Shown here: positions 47,622 to 59,500 of the stretch, piece after piece
Layout: each line of letters starts with the position of its first letter
How positions within the stretch are numbered: position 1 is the stretch's first letter
IMG/VR virus record: IMGVR_UViG_3300017909_004107
Coordinates: 32,001-96,000 of that record
DNA length: 64,000 nucleotides
Reading direction: 5' to 3' (one strand)
Origin: a virus
Taxonomy: Duplodnaviria > Caudoviricetes
The notes under the pieces: model-generated
Database searches by the model: none
Seen by the model: the letters and a program-made list of their open reading frames with translations, nothing else
What the model was told of the DNA's origin: nothing
Program-made: the position numbers and the translations under genes

Positions 47622-48005
47622 ATGCTACTTAGCAAACCTTCAGATTATGTTTTTGAAATGTTGGTGAGTAATTATGGTAAAGCGAAAAAGATGTGGAGGA
47701 GAAATATAAAGGAGGCATGGGATTATAGGTGTGCCTACTGTGGTGAATACGGAGATACGATAGATCACATACACCCTCAAACATACGGCGGTAGAGATGA
47801 GTTACCAAACATGATATGTTGTTGTAATCATTGTAATAAAGAAAAATCACACGAACCTGTGCAAATTTGGTATTTTCAACAAGATTTCTTCAATCAGGAA
47901 CGATGGGACAAAATTGAAGAATGGAGAGATAATCGTGCACCTGCTCAACGAAAACGCTATATAAGAGGTAGGGGAGGAATTCCTACAAAGTGTATAGTTT
48001 TATGA
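47622..48005 (+). CDS. HNH endonuclease
   Basis: CAYCG...TIDHIHPQTYGG...NMICCCNHCNKEKS. Confidence 0.9.
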   Translation: MLLSKPSDYVFEMLVSNYGKAKKMWRRNIKEAWDYRCAYCGEYGDTIDHIHPQTYGGRDELPNMICCCNHCNKEKSHEPVQIWYFQQDFFNQERWDKIEEWRDNRAPAQRKRYIRGRGGIPTKCIVL

Positions 48006-48416
48006 GTTACTCCGTATATCTCAACGAAAAAAGAATTTATCACGACATCAGTGAAGAAGAAGCATTACGACGACAGAAAATGTTTCGTCAAATGATACAT
48101 GCCGGTGTTAAGAGTTGTTATTCACCAGAACAGGTGACAATTAAGTATGATTCTGTTACAATAGAGTAAACAAGTAAAAAAATGGAAAAAGACTCACTTC
48201 TCGATGAATTAGCAGATGCGATAGCACAAGGTCCTGTAATTTTTACTCCTGACGACTCTTGGGAAGAGAAACTTGAGGAGAAAAAGAATGAAACTTAAAA
48301 ATACACCATTTACCATACAGCATGTGAAGAATTGGCATCCAATTCGTTGGATCAAGACTCAGTACAAACTATGGAAACTTAGAAAGGATGATCCTTTCGA
48401 TTATGACGAAAATTGA
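48002..48416 (+). other. Three microprotein ORFs (48002-48169, 48182-48298, 48288-48416)
   Basis: Own translation; tightly packed downstream of the HNH gene. Confidence 0.5.
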
Positions 48417-48483
48417 CATAGGTTAAAATTTTTATAACTAACTCTGTGAGTTTTCACCGAAGGGTATAACTTAATATTTCTTT

Positions 48484-48507
48484 AAGGCGACAAAAGTCGC
48501 CTTTTTT
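48484..48507 (+). terminator. Intrinsic terminator
   Basis: AAGGCGAC-AAAA-GTCGCCTT followed by a T run. Confidence 0.8.
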
Positions 48508-48610
48508 AATAAAATGGATAAAATTGAAATTAGATATAGAAGCATTATAAAATCATGAATTGACACTTACTAAATAAACCAGTATAATGAATTGAAAAGC
48601 ATTTTCTGTA

Positions 48611-49372
48611 ATGGCAAAAGGATTTAAGGTGGTGACTACTCCACCAAAAACAGCAAAAAAAGATGAGACTGAGTTTTCGATAGATGAAGCAAGAAAACTC
48701 ATCAAAGGTAAAGCAATTGTATTCTGTCTTCCCGGTCGTGGAGTATCATACACCTTTCTAAAGAACTTTGTACAACTCTGTTTTGAATGTGTGCAGCAAG
48801 GAGCATCAATACAGATCTCACAAGACTACTCTTCAATGGTCAACTTTGCTCGATGTAAAGTATTAGGAGCAAACGTGCTCAAAGGACCAGATCAGTTACC
48901 ATGGCAAGGTAAACTTGAATATGACTATCAATTATGGATTGACAGCGATATTGTATTCAATCTAGAAGCATTTTATAAACTTGTATGGATGCAAAAAGAT
49001 ATTGCTGCAGGATGGTATGTGACAGAAGATGGTAGAACTACATCTGTTGCACATTGGTTAGAAGAAGATGAATTTGAACAGAATGGTGGAGTCATGAATC
49101 ATGAAATGGTTGATGGTATACAGAAGAGAAGAAAACCATTTACATGTGATTACACAGGGTTTGGATGGGTTATGATTAAGAAAGGTGTGTTTGAACATCC
49201 TGATATGAAGTATCCATGGTTTGCACCACAAATGCAGGTTTTTGAATCTGGTGCAGTACAGGACATGTGTGGTGAAGACGTTTCTTTCTGTCTTGAAGCA
49301 ATCAAAGCAGGATTCGAGATTTGGTGCGATCCAACCATAAGAGTGGGACACGAGAAGACAAGAATTATATAA
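48611..49372 (+). CDS. Glycosyltransferase-like protein (GT-A fold)
   Basis: VNFARC, LWIDSDIVF (DxD), TGFGWVMIKKGVFE, GEDVSFC, RVGHEK. Confidence 0.8.
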   Translation: MAKGFKVVTTPPKTAKKDETEFSIDEARKLIKGKAIVFCLPGRGVSYTFLKNFVQLCFECVQQGASIQISQDYSSMVNFARCKVLGANVLKGPDQLPWQGKLEYDYQLWIDSDIVFNLEAFYKLVWMQKDIAAGWYVTEDGRTTSVAHWLEEDEFEQNGGVMNHEMVDGIQKRRKPFTCDYTGFGWVMIKKGVFEHPDMKYPWFAPQMQVFESGAVQDMCGEDVSFCLEAIKAGFEIWCDPTIRVGHEKTRII

Positions 49373-49407
49373 GTAGGGTTGTAATGTTAAATATACAACC
49401 AACAAAG

Positions 49408-49575
49408 ATGGAAAGATACGATATATACTTGCAGGGTGAGAAAATCCGTTCTGACATTGATGAAGAAGAGATGCTTGATGTAACTCAAGAACTTGCAGAA
49501 CAATTTTATCGTGACGGAACTCCACACCCTGACGATATCGAAGTCAAATACCTTGGTTTAGACAGAGAGGACTAA
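49408..49575 (+). CDS. Small acidic hypothetical protein
   Basis: MERYDIYLQGEKIRSDIDEEEM...; in frame with ORF 49321..49575. Confidence 0.6.
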   Translation: MERYDIYLQGEKIRSDIDEEEMLDVTQELAEQFYRDGTPHPDDIEVKYLGLDRED

Positions 49576-49587
49576 TGTCCTCTTTTT

Positions 49588-50184
49588 TTATGTCACAAGA
49601 CAGTCTACTGCCTTCTGCCATTCGAGTGGGTTGTCAAAACGATAAGAGAAAGAAAATCTACGACATTCAGTTTTAGCACAGTGCCATAATACGTTCTCTG
49701 GTTCTGCAGGAAATCTACCCACTCTCGCATTCCATCCGGGTTTATCCTCTAGAGTTACCAACTTATTTTTATGATAATATTTGAAATATCCTTTTCCCTC
49801 TTCAGACCAGTTGAATAATATAATCCATCCCGGTGCATTACAGTTTGTATGCCAACCAACATATCCCATCGGCGGGTAATAACCAATTACAGGATTGTCT
49901 ATACACGCAGGAAACTTAGATGTAAGTAAATTCTTTATTTGTTCTAAATCGAATTTCTCTCGTTTTGTTTCTGCCCATTGAGCACTACGAACAACACTAG
50001 TTGGTGGGAGATCATGTATAATCCCACGAGATTGTATCATTTCGAGTAAGGTAAAACTACACTCCCATATCGGATCTTCAACTATCTTATATGGAAACTC
50101 CCACTGACTATCAGTTATACATCTTCTCTCTACCTTCGTCAAAAACTTAGCAAACTCGTCACCGATCTTAATATTGTCAAACAT
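49588..50184 (-). CDS. Cupin/2OG-Fe(II) oxygenase-like protein
   Basis: YYPPMGYVGWHTN, LWHCA, RRFSFSY. Confidence 0.6.
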   Translation of the reverse strand: MFDNIKIGDEFAKFLTKVERRCITDSQWEFPYKIVEDPIWECSFTLLEMIQSRGIIHDLPPTSVVRSAQWAETKREKFDLEQIKNLLTSKFPACIDNPVIGYYPPMGYVGWHTNCNAPGWIILFNWSEEGKGYFKYYHKNKLVTLEDKPGWNARVGRFPAEPENVLWHCAKTECRRFSFSYRFDNPLEWQKAVDCLVT

Positions 50185-50219
50185 TTTTTTGTTATAATTA
50201 CTAATAGTGATAGTTTATT

Positions 50220-50936
50220 ATGTCAACACTGATCTGTAATTTACCTGCAATACATGTGTGGGTAAGGAAGGAGTATCTAAGAGACCATAAAGATGGACAT
50301 GGTGAGTTTGTAAAAGGAGTGTGGGTATCTGCAAAGTCTATGCCCGGTCGTGCCTTTTACTTTGAAACATATTTATATGAGTATGCTGCATTATTTGATA
50401 AACTGCCGATCTCTGCTTTTGTCTCTTCTCCTAAGACACCGGATCCTGATATGAATCTGCCAAATTTACAATTCTGGAACTGTATGGACTATGGAGTCAC
50501 AGCAATTGCAAAATCAATCATCGGAAGTGCAGATTACGAAATTAATACCCGTGATCACGGAAGCATTAGAGGAGAATACATTTGCACACTGGACAACTAC
50601 CACGACTCTGCAGATAGCATTGACTGTTCTACTGCTGAGACTCCTGCAGAACATAAAAGTCACAACCTGATTGCATTGAATAACGGTCAGTTCGCTCTGT
50701 ATCCCAATAACAGGATGAGAATCTATGACAACAGTCTAACACCCCCAGAACCTAAAACACCCGACTTCAAGGTCTCTACAGAGTACTATCAGGTTGAGCA
50801 TGGATATGATAATCTAGGACTTGGTGATCAAGAGGAGTATTTCTGGAAGACTCAGAAGGACAGAGAAGTCATGGCAGACATAGATGATCAATATTATCAC
50901 CACTTTACTGAGCAACATCGATCAGACGAAAGATAA
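50220..50936 (+). CDS. Conserved hypothetical cyanophage protein upstream of gp25
   Basis: LICNLP..VWVRKEYLRDH, KLPISAF, EHKSHN, FALYPNNR. Confidence 0.7.
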   Translation: MSTLICNLPAIHVWVRKEYLRDHKDGHGEFVKGVWVSAKSMPGRAFYFETYLYEYAALFDKLPISAFVSSPKTPDPDMNLPNLQFWNCMDYGVTAIAKSIIGSADYEINTRDHGSIRGEYICTLDNYHDSADSIDCSTAETPAEHKSHNLIALNNGQFALYPNNRMRIYDNSLTPPEPKTPDFKVSTEYYQVEHGYDNLGLGDQEEYFWKTQKDREVMADIDDQYYHHFTEQHRSDER

Positions 50937-50985
50937 CTCGTAGCAACTGTCTAAATAGCACTAAATACACGAGTATTGTATAAAA

Positions 50986-51390
50986 GTGCCTCTCAATAAA
51001 ATATCAAGAGGTTTTAGGGACATTTCATTATCCTTCAAACGTCACCCTGTTACAAATGATTTGCTTCCTCTAAAGAATGAGGATGCGATCAAACGTGCTG
51101 TACAGAATCTTGTTAGAACAAAAATTGGTGAAGTATTTTTTAGAAATGATATAGGTACAAGGATTACAGGATCATTATTTGAATTAGCGAATGATGATTT
51201 AGTTGATCCTATTTCTACCGAAATTGAAACTGTTATAACAAACTTTGAACCTAGAGTTAATCTTAAAAATGTAAATGTGAATTCTAGACCTGAAGATAAT
51301 GCATTAGATATTGAAATATCATACAATATCGTTGGGTTATCTTTACCAATTCAAACCATCAATTTTATACTAGAACCGACTAGACTATAA
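50986..51390 (+). CDS. gp25: Baseplate wedge subunit gp25
   Basis: FRDISLSF, NEDAIKRAVQNLVRT..GE, LFE, NFEPRV; two CTAAATA late-promoter-like boxes upstream. Confidence 0.93.
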   Translation: MPLNKISRGFRDISLSFKRHPVTNDLLPLKNEDAIKRAVQNLVRTKIGEVFFRNDIGTRITGSLFELANDDLVDPISTEIETVITNFEPRVNLKNVNVNSRPEDNALDIEISYNIVGLSLPIQTINFILEPTRL

Positions 51391-53513
51391 TGGCTCTCAA
51401 TCAATTCACAAATCTAAATTTTGAAGATATAAAAACTTCAATCAAAGATTATCTGAGGCAAAACTCTAATTTCTCAGATTTTGACTTTGAGGGATCTAAT
51501 CTGTCTGTACTTATTAATACACTAGCATATAATTCTTATATTACAGCATATAACACAAATATGGTTGCCAATGAGTCATTTATTGATTCGGCGACACTTA
51601 GAGAAAATGTAGTATCATTAGCAAGAAATATTGGTTATGTCCCTAGATCTAAACGTGCAGCGACAGCACTTGTGCAATTTGTAACAACAGGTATATCAAC
51701 AGATAACACATCTATAACATTACAACCCGGAGTATTTGCTAATTCAGGTATAAATCAAACTAATTTTATATACTCACTTCCAGAAAGAGTGCAGGCTCCT
51801 TCTTTCTTAGGACAATCACAGGGTATGGTTACAATCTATCAGGGTCAATATCTAGAGAAAGAGTGGACAATTGATACATCACAACCAAATCAAAAATATG
51901 TATTACCTAATGATAGTATTGACACATCTACTTTACGAGTGTTCGTCAAAGAGAGTTCTTCAAGCAATACACGAACTGAATACAAGTTGCTTGATAGTAT
52001 AGTAGGAATAACTTCGGTAACTAATATGTTCCTCATTCAGGAGACGTCTGATGAAAAATATGAGTTATTATTTGGAGATGGTATTTTTGGTAAGAAATTA
52101 GAGTCTGGTAATGTAGTCACCGCATCTTATATAAAAACTGATGGTAAAGATGGTAATGGAGCAACTAATTTTAATTATGCAGGAACTATAAAAGACGAAA
52201 ATGGTGGTGATATTACCACTGCCACTACTAGATTAATTACTATGATACCATCTGAGAATGGTGATGATATAGAATCAGTGGAAAGTATTAGAAACTACGC
52301 ACCTAGAAGATTTGCTGCACAGAATCGTGCGGTGACTGCTACTGATTATGAAGCATTACTCCCATCAATATACCCAAACATTCAATCAGTTAGTGCTTTT
52401 GGCGGTGAAGATTTGAATCCACCTCAATATGGTCGTGTCTTTATTGCTGCAAAACCAAGAAACGGTAATTTCCTTGCAGATTCGACTAAGAAAAGTTTAC
52501 TCAAATCACTAAAAAACTATTCCATAGCAGGTATTGTGCCATCTTTCGTAGACTTAAAGTTTTTGTACGTTGAATTAGATAGTTACATCTATTACAATAC
52601 TAATTTTATTGGAAACGCTGATACTTTGCGAGCAAGCATTGTAAATTCAGTCATACAGTATGGTGGATCAAGTGAATTAAACAAATTTGGCGGTAGATTC
52701 AAATACTCTAAGATGATTTCGGTAATCGATAATACAGATTCCTCCATCACATCAAATATTACTAACATCAAGATTAGAAGAAACTTAAAAACTCTACCAA
52801 ATACTTTTTCACAATATGAATTATGTTATGACAATGAATTTTATAAAGAGTTAGACTCTTATAATATCAAGAGCACTGGATTTACAGTATCAGGAATTAC
52901 AGGCACAGTATATCTTGCTGATAAAACAATCGAGGGTTCAGATATTGGTAATCTCTTCTTGTTTAGAATTACGGATGACGTTGAAGTTGATATAGTGTCA
53001 TCAAACTTTGGAACTGTAAATTATAAGAAAGGAGAAATCTTAATTAATACAGTAAATATCACATCAACTGTACAACCAGAGGGAATTATTGAAATACAAG
53101 CGATTCCACTATCAAATGATGTTCTAGGTAGAAAAGAATTATACTTACAACTGAGTGTAGAAAATAGTAACTTCACTATGAGACAAGACTTGATTGCTTC
53201 GGGTGCGAATGTGTCTGGAACAAGATTTGACGTGCAATCTAGTTACAGTAATGGAAGTAAGGTAAGAGGTTCCATAGTAACAAGTTCAACGGGAAGTACT
53301 TTAGTTGGATATGTCAATGGTCAAGCTTATTATGGTGAGTTTCATACTATGCCAGATGGCACTAAAATGACCGGTTCTTCTCACTCAGTAAATAGTGTAC
53401 AGATTCGTGATAATCTTAATTTCGTATCTCCTGTGAATACTTCTTCTACCACGACATCATCATCTTCGTCATCAACAAGTTCATCGCCAAATAATTATAG
53501 TAGCGGATACTAA
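51390..53513 (+). CDS. gp6: Baseplate wedge subunit gp6
   Basis: NLNFEDIK, DFDFEGSNL, ESFIDSATLRENVVSLAR, FGDGIFG, QNRAVTATDYE. Confidence 0.95.
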   Translation: MALNQFTNLNFEDIKTSIKDYLRQNSNFSDFDFEGSNLSVLINTLAYNSYITAYNTNMVANESFIDSATLRENVVSLARNIGYVPRSKRAATALVQFVTTGISTDNTSITLQPGVFANSGINQTNFIYSLPERVQAPSFLGQSQGMVTIYQGQYLEKEWTIDTSQPNQKYVLPNDSIDTSTLRVFVKESSSSNTRTEYKLLDSIVGITSVTNMFLIQETSDEKYELLFGDGIFGKKLESGNVVTASYIKTDGKDGNGATNFNYAGTIKDENGGDITTATTRLITMIPSENGDDIESVESIRNYAPRRFAAQNRAVTATDYEALLPSIYPNIQSVSAFGGEDLNPPQYGRVFIAAKPRNGNFLADSTKKSLLKSLKNYSIAGIVPSFVDLKFLYVELDSYIYYNTNFIGNADTLRASIVNSVIQYGGSSELNKFGGRFKYSKMISVIDNTDSSITSNITNIKIRRNLKTLPNTFSQYELCYDNEFYKELDSYNIKSTGFTVSGITGTVYLADKTIEGSDIGNLFLFRITDDVEVDIVSSNFGTVNYKKGEILINTVNITSTVQPEGIIEIQAIPLSNDVLGRKELYLQLSVENSNFTMRQDLIASGANVSGTRFDVQSSYSNGSKVRGSIVTSSTGSTLVGYVNGQAYYGEFHTMPDGTKMTGSSHSVNSVQIRDNLNFVSPVNTSSTTTSSSSSSTSSSPNNYSSGY

Positions 53514-56500
53514 TGATAGAAACCTCATTATCTAGAGTCAAAATACACGAAGTAATTGAGAGTCAGATACCTGAAGCAATAGATTCTGACAATCCTTTAC
53601 TTGGTACATTTCTAAAGCAATATTACATATCACAAGAGTTTCAAGGTGGTCCAGTTGATATCGCTGAGAATCTCAATGACTATAGAAGTGTTGATTTTCT
53701 CAATAAAGACAATCTTACTGGATTTACTTCAACCTCTCAGTTCATAAAAAAGTTTGACAAAACAATATATGTTGACTCTACAATAGGGTGGCCTAGTAAG
53801 TATGGTTTACTTAAAATCGATGATGAGATAATCACTTATACTGGTATAGGTTCTACTTCATTTACAGGATGCGTTAGAGGATTTAGTGGTATTGAAAATA
53901 GCGAGAAAACAAACTCTCCAGAGTACCTCACATTTTCTGAAACCGGTATTAGTACTCATGCAGAGAACGCACAAGTCAAGAATCTAAGTAATATCTTCTT
54001 ACAGAAGTTTTATAAGAAAGTAAAGACACAAATATCTCCGGGGTTTGAAGATCGATCCTTTACAGGAGACTTAGATATATCAAATTTTCTAAGACAGTCA
54101 AAAGACTTCTATACCACTAAAGGCACAGAAGAAGCGTATAAAATTTTATTTGGAACTCTGTATAAAGAGAAGGTTGAATTAGTCAAACCTCAAGAGTTTC
54201 TCTTCAAACCATCAGATGCAGAGTATTCTGTCAATGATGTGCTAATTTGCGAAAAGGTATCAGGCGATCCTGAATCAATTGTTAATGAAGGTATAATTCA
54301 AGGAGATGCGAGTGCATCAGTGTATGAAGTGGAGAATATTTTTCTTGATGGTAAGACTTACTATAAAATAAGACTATCTTCAGATACAATCATAGGTTCT
54401 TTCAAACCTATCACTAGAACTCATATAACTGCTTATGTTGCAGCAGGTTCAAGTGTTGTAAGTGTAGACTCTACAGTTGGTTTTGCTAAATCTTCATCAT
54501 TTAATGTAGGGAGACAAAAATTTACCTACACAGATAAAACCATTAATGAATTTTTGAATGTAAGTGGTATAGGCACTATAAGTGTAGGTGCAACTGTAGA
54601 TGCAGGTGATGATGCAATCGCATTTATGAGAATACCTGTAAGATTAAAAATATTGAATAGTATTACCGGTTTTACAGGGACAGGTATTCTTCAGCAAAAA
54701 GGCAGTGAATATAATATTAAGACTCTTGGTATCAAAAAGAAAGATATAAGATATAGTCAGTGGTTGGAGAATATTGCAACTAAACACACAGTAAAAGACT
54801 TCAAGACAATATCTGCAGGTAATTTTGAACTTGTATTGACTGCGAAACACTATTATAAGAAAGGGCAACCTATATCCGTAATAGATATCGATGGTCAGAA
54901 TCAAGATGGCGTTATTACAGGAATATTGAATGATCAAGTTGTGTATATAAGTGCACCATCTCTTTTAGCGGGTAATCAATATTACATTCAAGCAAAATTA
55001 TATAAACAAAATAATAATGTCGCTAATATTCAAAATACCTACGCACAAGGTGACACTGTTGTTGTAGCATCAAATAGTTTACCTCATTATTTAATAGATG
55101 TACAAAAAAGAATTAGAAACTTTAGCACATCTGGAATTTCTACAAGATCTCAAGTGATTACAATACCAGATCACAATTTACAGAATGGTGATATCGTTCT
55201 TTATAATCCTAGTGTATCAGGATCCCCTGTAGCAGGTCTCAGCACCGGTCAATCATACTATGTGACCAATCTAACCTCATCTACGATTTCACTCTCTCTA
55301 TCGGCAGAGAACGCCCGTAGAAGTCAATATATTACTGTTTTTGATACTTCTGATATTGGAACTAACACTAATCATAATCTCACTCCATTTGAAGTTGGTT
55401 TCGGAACTATTGGTGCTCAAAAAATACTTCGTAAGTTTGCGGAACCAGAATACGGATCTTCTAAAGATAAAACTGAAACAGGTAAAGGTGTAGGACTCTT
55501 TGTAAATGGTGTAGAGGCATATTCTTATAAATCTTCTGATAAAATTTACTATGGATCACTAGAAACAGTAGATGTATTGAATACTGGATCTGATTATGAT
55601 GTAATCAATCCTCCTCGCATTTCAATACAGCAGAATGGACACACTGGTGTGGGTGCATCTGTTATCGCTCATGTTAGTGGTAAATTAAGAGAAATACAAG
55701 TAACTTCTCGTGGATTAGATTACGAGACAACTCCTGATGTCAAGATTACCGGTGGTAATGGACAGGCGACTGCTGAAGCGAAGATGAGACTCGCACCCCA
55801 TGAAGTATTCTTTGACAGCACTAGTGTTGGTGGTATTTTAAATACCAGCACTGACAAATTTACATTTACTGAACCACATGGATTCAAACATGGAGAAGAA
55901 ATTATCTATGGAACCGATGGTTCAACGACCATTGGAATTGGCACTACTCCGGGAAATCTTATTAACAAATCAAGTTATTTTGTCAATAAGAATGATGATT
56001 TTACCATATCACTCACCAAAACCCGTAATGAGGCACTTGCAGGTATCGCAACACTTCCAATTACAACCAATGGTGGAGGATTGCATAAGTTTGAAACAAA
56101 AGAGTCTAGACTAAAAGTAGATAATATAGAAATTATTTCGTCCACTGATTTTCAAAATAGAGAGAACACTGTTGATAGTGTAGGTATCAATACCTTCAAA
56201 GATTTAATAACCATACCAAATCATAGATACTCATCAGGAGAATTAATAAGATATGGTGGAGGGACAGTAACAGATATCTCTGGTCTTACATCTGGAAAAG
56301 ATTATTATGTTGTAAAGATTGATGATAATAATTTCAGAGTTTCTATTTCAACTTCTTTAGTTGATTATGTAAAGATGTCTTTACCCGGAACCGGAAAACA
56401 TACATTCAATTATCCACCACTATCCGTAACTATTGATGGTAGACAAGGAATATCAACTTCAAACGCGACTGCATCTGCTGTCATTCGAGGAGAAGTTGAT

Positions 56501-59500
56501 GGAATTCATATAAAAGCAAAAGGTGATAATTTTGGATCTCTCTTTATCAATGACAATTATAAACCTGATGCGATAGTTGTTGAAGGATCTAAATCGGCAT
56601 TTGATCCTGTTATTGTAAATGGAAGAATAGATTCTGTGTCAATTAAGAGTGGTGGTAAGGATTATTTCAGTGCTCCTGATATAATTGTGAATGGCGACGG
56701 TGTGGGTGCAAAACTAATTGCAAGAGTGGCAAATGGAAAAATCGTGGGTGTAGATGTAATAACAAAAGGTGCTGGATACACAGTTAATGGAACCACTATC
56801 ACCGCAAAAACTCCGGGTTCTGGTGTAATTATATCACCTAACTTGAAGACATGGACTATTAATAATGTTCAACGTTACGCTAATTATGGTGATGTAAAGG
56901 ATGATGATGGATTTTATGGCGAATTAAAGGTAGCAGAAAACGGATACCCTTACGTAAATTATTATGCATCAAGAAAATTACGCGATTATTTGGATGATAA
57001 TGGCACTGATCATTCACCAATACTAGGATGGGCATATGACGGTCATCCAATATACGGACCTTACGCGACTCAAAATTTTGATGGTAGTGGACCTCTAAAA
57101 TACATGCAATCCAGTTATGTCAAGATATCTGGAATATCGAGAAGTGATGGTCCCGCATTGACAGACTATCCTGCAGGATTTTTTATTGAAGATTATGAAT
57201 ATCAAGAAGGATACGGAGATCTTGATGAACATAATGGTAGATTTGCGGTAACACCAGAATATCCTAATGGTGTATACGCTTACTACATTACAGTTTCTAA
57301 TAATCTTGTTACAAATCCTTTATCACCCTTTACTAATAGAAGAGAACCTATTTTCCCTTATATTGTTGGTGATACTTACAACTCTAAGTTATTACAGTAT
57401 AACAATCAATTTACATCAACACAGGATTCTTTTCCTGAAGATTTGTTAAGAAATACTGAGAAATATAACTTAGAAGAATACTCAGGCGTTGCTGCTAGTG
57501 CAAAGAAAAAAGTAAGCATTGCTAAAATAAAAAATACTCAAAAAGGATCTGTTGACTCTGTTAAAATTGTAGAAGGTGGGACAAATTATAATGTAGGAGA
57601 TAAACTTACTTTTGATAATTCAAACACAGATGGTTTTGGTGCATTTGGTAAAGTTACTGAATTAGTTGGAGTTGCTGCAACTGTTGTCACCTCTACCGTA
57701 AAAATCAACAAAAGAATTGAACTATTTGCCAAAGGTAAAACTGTAACAGGTATTGTTACGACAGGTATACATGATTACGTAACTGGAATACCAATACAGA
57801 TTAGTGGCATATCATCTACGGCATTTAGTGGATTAGAGGGCACATTTCCAATCAAAGTTAATTTTGTAAGAAGTGGATTAGGAACATCACTTCTTGCAAG
57901 TGGTCTGACAACTACAATACCTCTTCGAGACGACATAGACATTTTTGATAATAATGATCTTGTGCAGGTAGATGAAGAGCAAATGAGAGTGATTTCACAC
58001 GATCGTCTCAATCAGAAAATTACATTACTACGTGCTCAGAACGGAACTACAGGTGCTGCACATACAGATAGAGCAGAAATTTATAGAAGAGAAAATAAGT
58101 TTACATATGAAATTGATAGACCAATAGTTACTGCAACACCTATCAATGAATCACTATTTTTTGATGCCACAAAAAATATTGGTGCGGGTCTTACAAGTGG
58201 TGTAGGAATTGGTTCTACAGTATCATTCATAGGTGCAGGAAATATATCTACAACAACATTTATTCCAATCAAGTCAATAAGACTTCCCGGACACCCATTT
58301 AAGCATGGTGATCCTCTAACTTATACACCTAACAATGGAACAAATTTACTGTATTCATTTGATGGCACTAACACACACTTTTTACCAAATTCAGGATTAT
58401 TTGTACAAAAAATTAATAATGATCTAATTGGTATCGTGACGAATGCTTATCAAATTGATAATAAGCATGATAGAGTCTTTTTGACTGGAAATACAGGTGT
58501 GGGTAATAGTCACTCATTTAGAACTAATAGAAACGTTGCAACTGCAGATGCAACTACATTTGAGGTCACTGTTTCCACTGCTACAACACATCATCTTGAT
58601 AGTTTCGATGAAATCGACATGAAGATTGTCTCTGCAGGATCAAGCACACTTAATATTAATTACGATCCCGGAACAAAATTTATAAGTATTGGTTCATCAA
58701 ATAATCCACCAATTGAAAGCACAGTTGGTGAAAAACTTATTTTCGATACTTCTGATTCTGATTTGTTAGGAACAAAACTTGATTTCTTTTTAGATCAAAA
58801 ATTTACAAAAACATTTGTAGGATCTGGTAAATCTACAGTGGAACGAACTGATAATTTAATTCCCGGAATCACATCTGCAAGAACCACACTTCACTTAACA
58901 GAAAATGTTCCTGATGTTTTATATTATAAGTTCTCATCTGTTTCTAACAAAATTGTAAATATTGATGAAGATACTACTGATTATGGTAAGATTATTGTTA
59001 ACCCAAGTAAATTTACAGGTAAACATTCTCTAACAACATCTACAGGTGGAACATTCACATTCTTGGTTGGTGGACTACCAGAAAGAGTCGGATATACAAG
59101 TGAATCAAGTATTACTTACACTACTAATTCTACTAATGCTCGTGGACCTATTTCAAGAGTTATTTTAGAAGAAGGTGGATTAAACTACAAAGATTTACCC
59201 AAAATTTCTGTTGCTTCCACTACAGGTAAATCAGCAGTGATATTAGCAGAAACTGAAACAGCAGGTAAATTACTAACCACAGAAATTTTAGAATTTGGAT
59301 ATGATTATCCTTCAGATTCAACATTATCTCCTGAAGCATCTGTACCAAATATTATTACACTCAAAGATAATTTTAGTCTAAAATCTATAGGAATTACTTC
59401 TACTGGTTCTAAGTATCTAACTGCCCCTGATATCATCATATACAATAGAGAAGATGATGTTGTGAATACAACTGTAGAGGCAGTGGCAAATCTTGAGGGT

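Noticed and set aside
48420-48490. TTAA words at 11-nt spacing resembling a Pho box
   Set aside because: Only two imperfect units, overlapping a terminator, and no phosphate gene downstream
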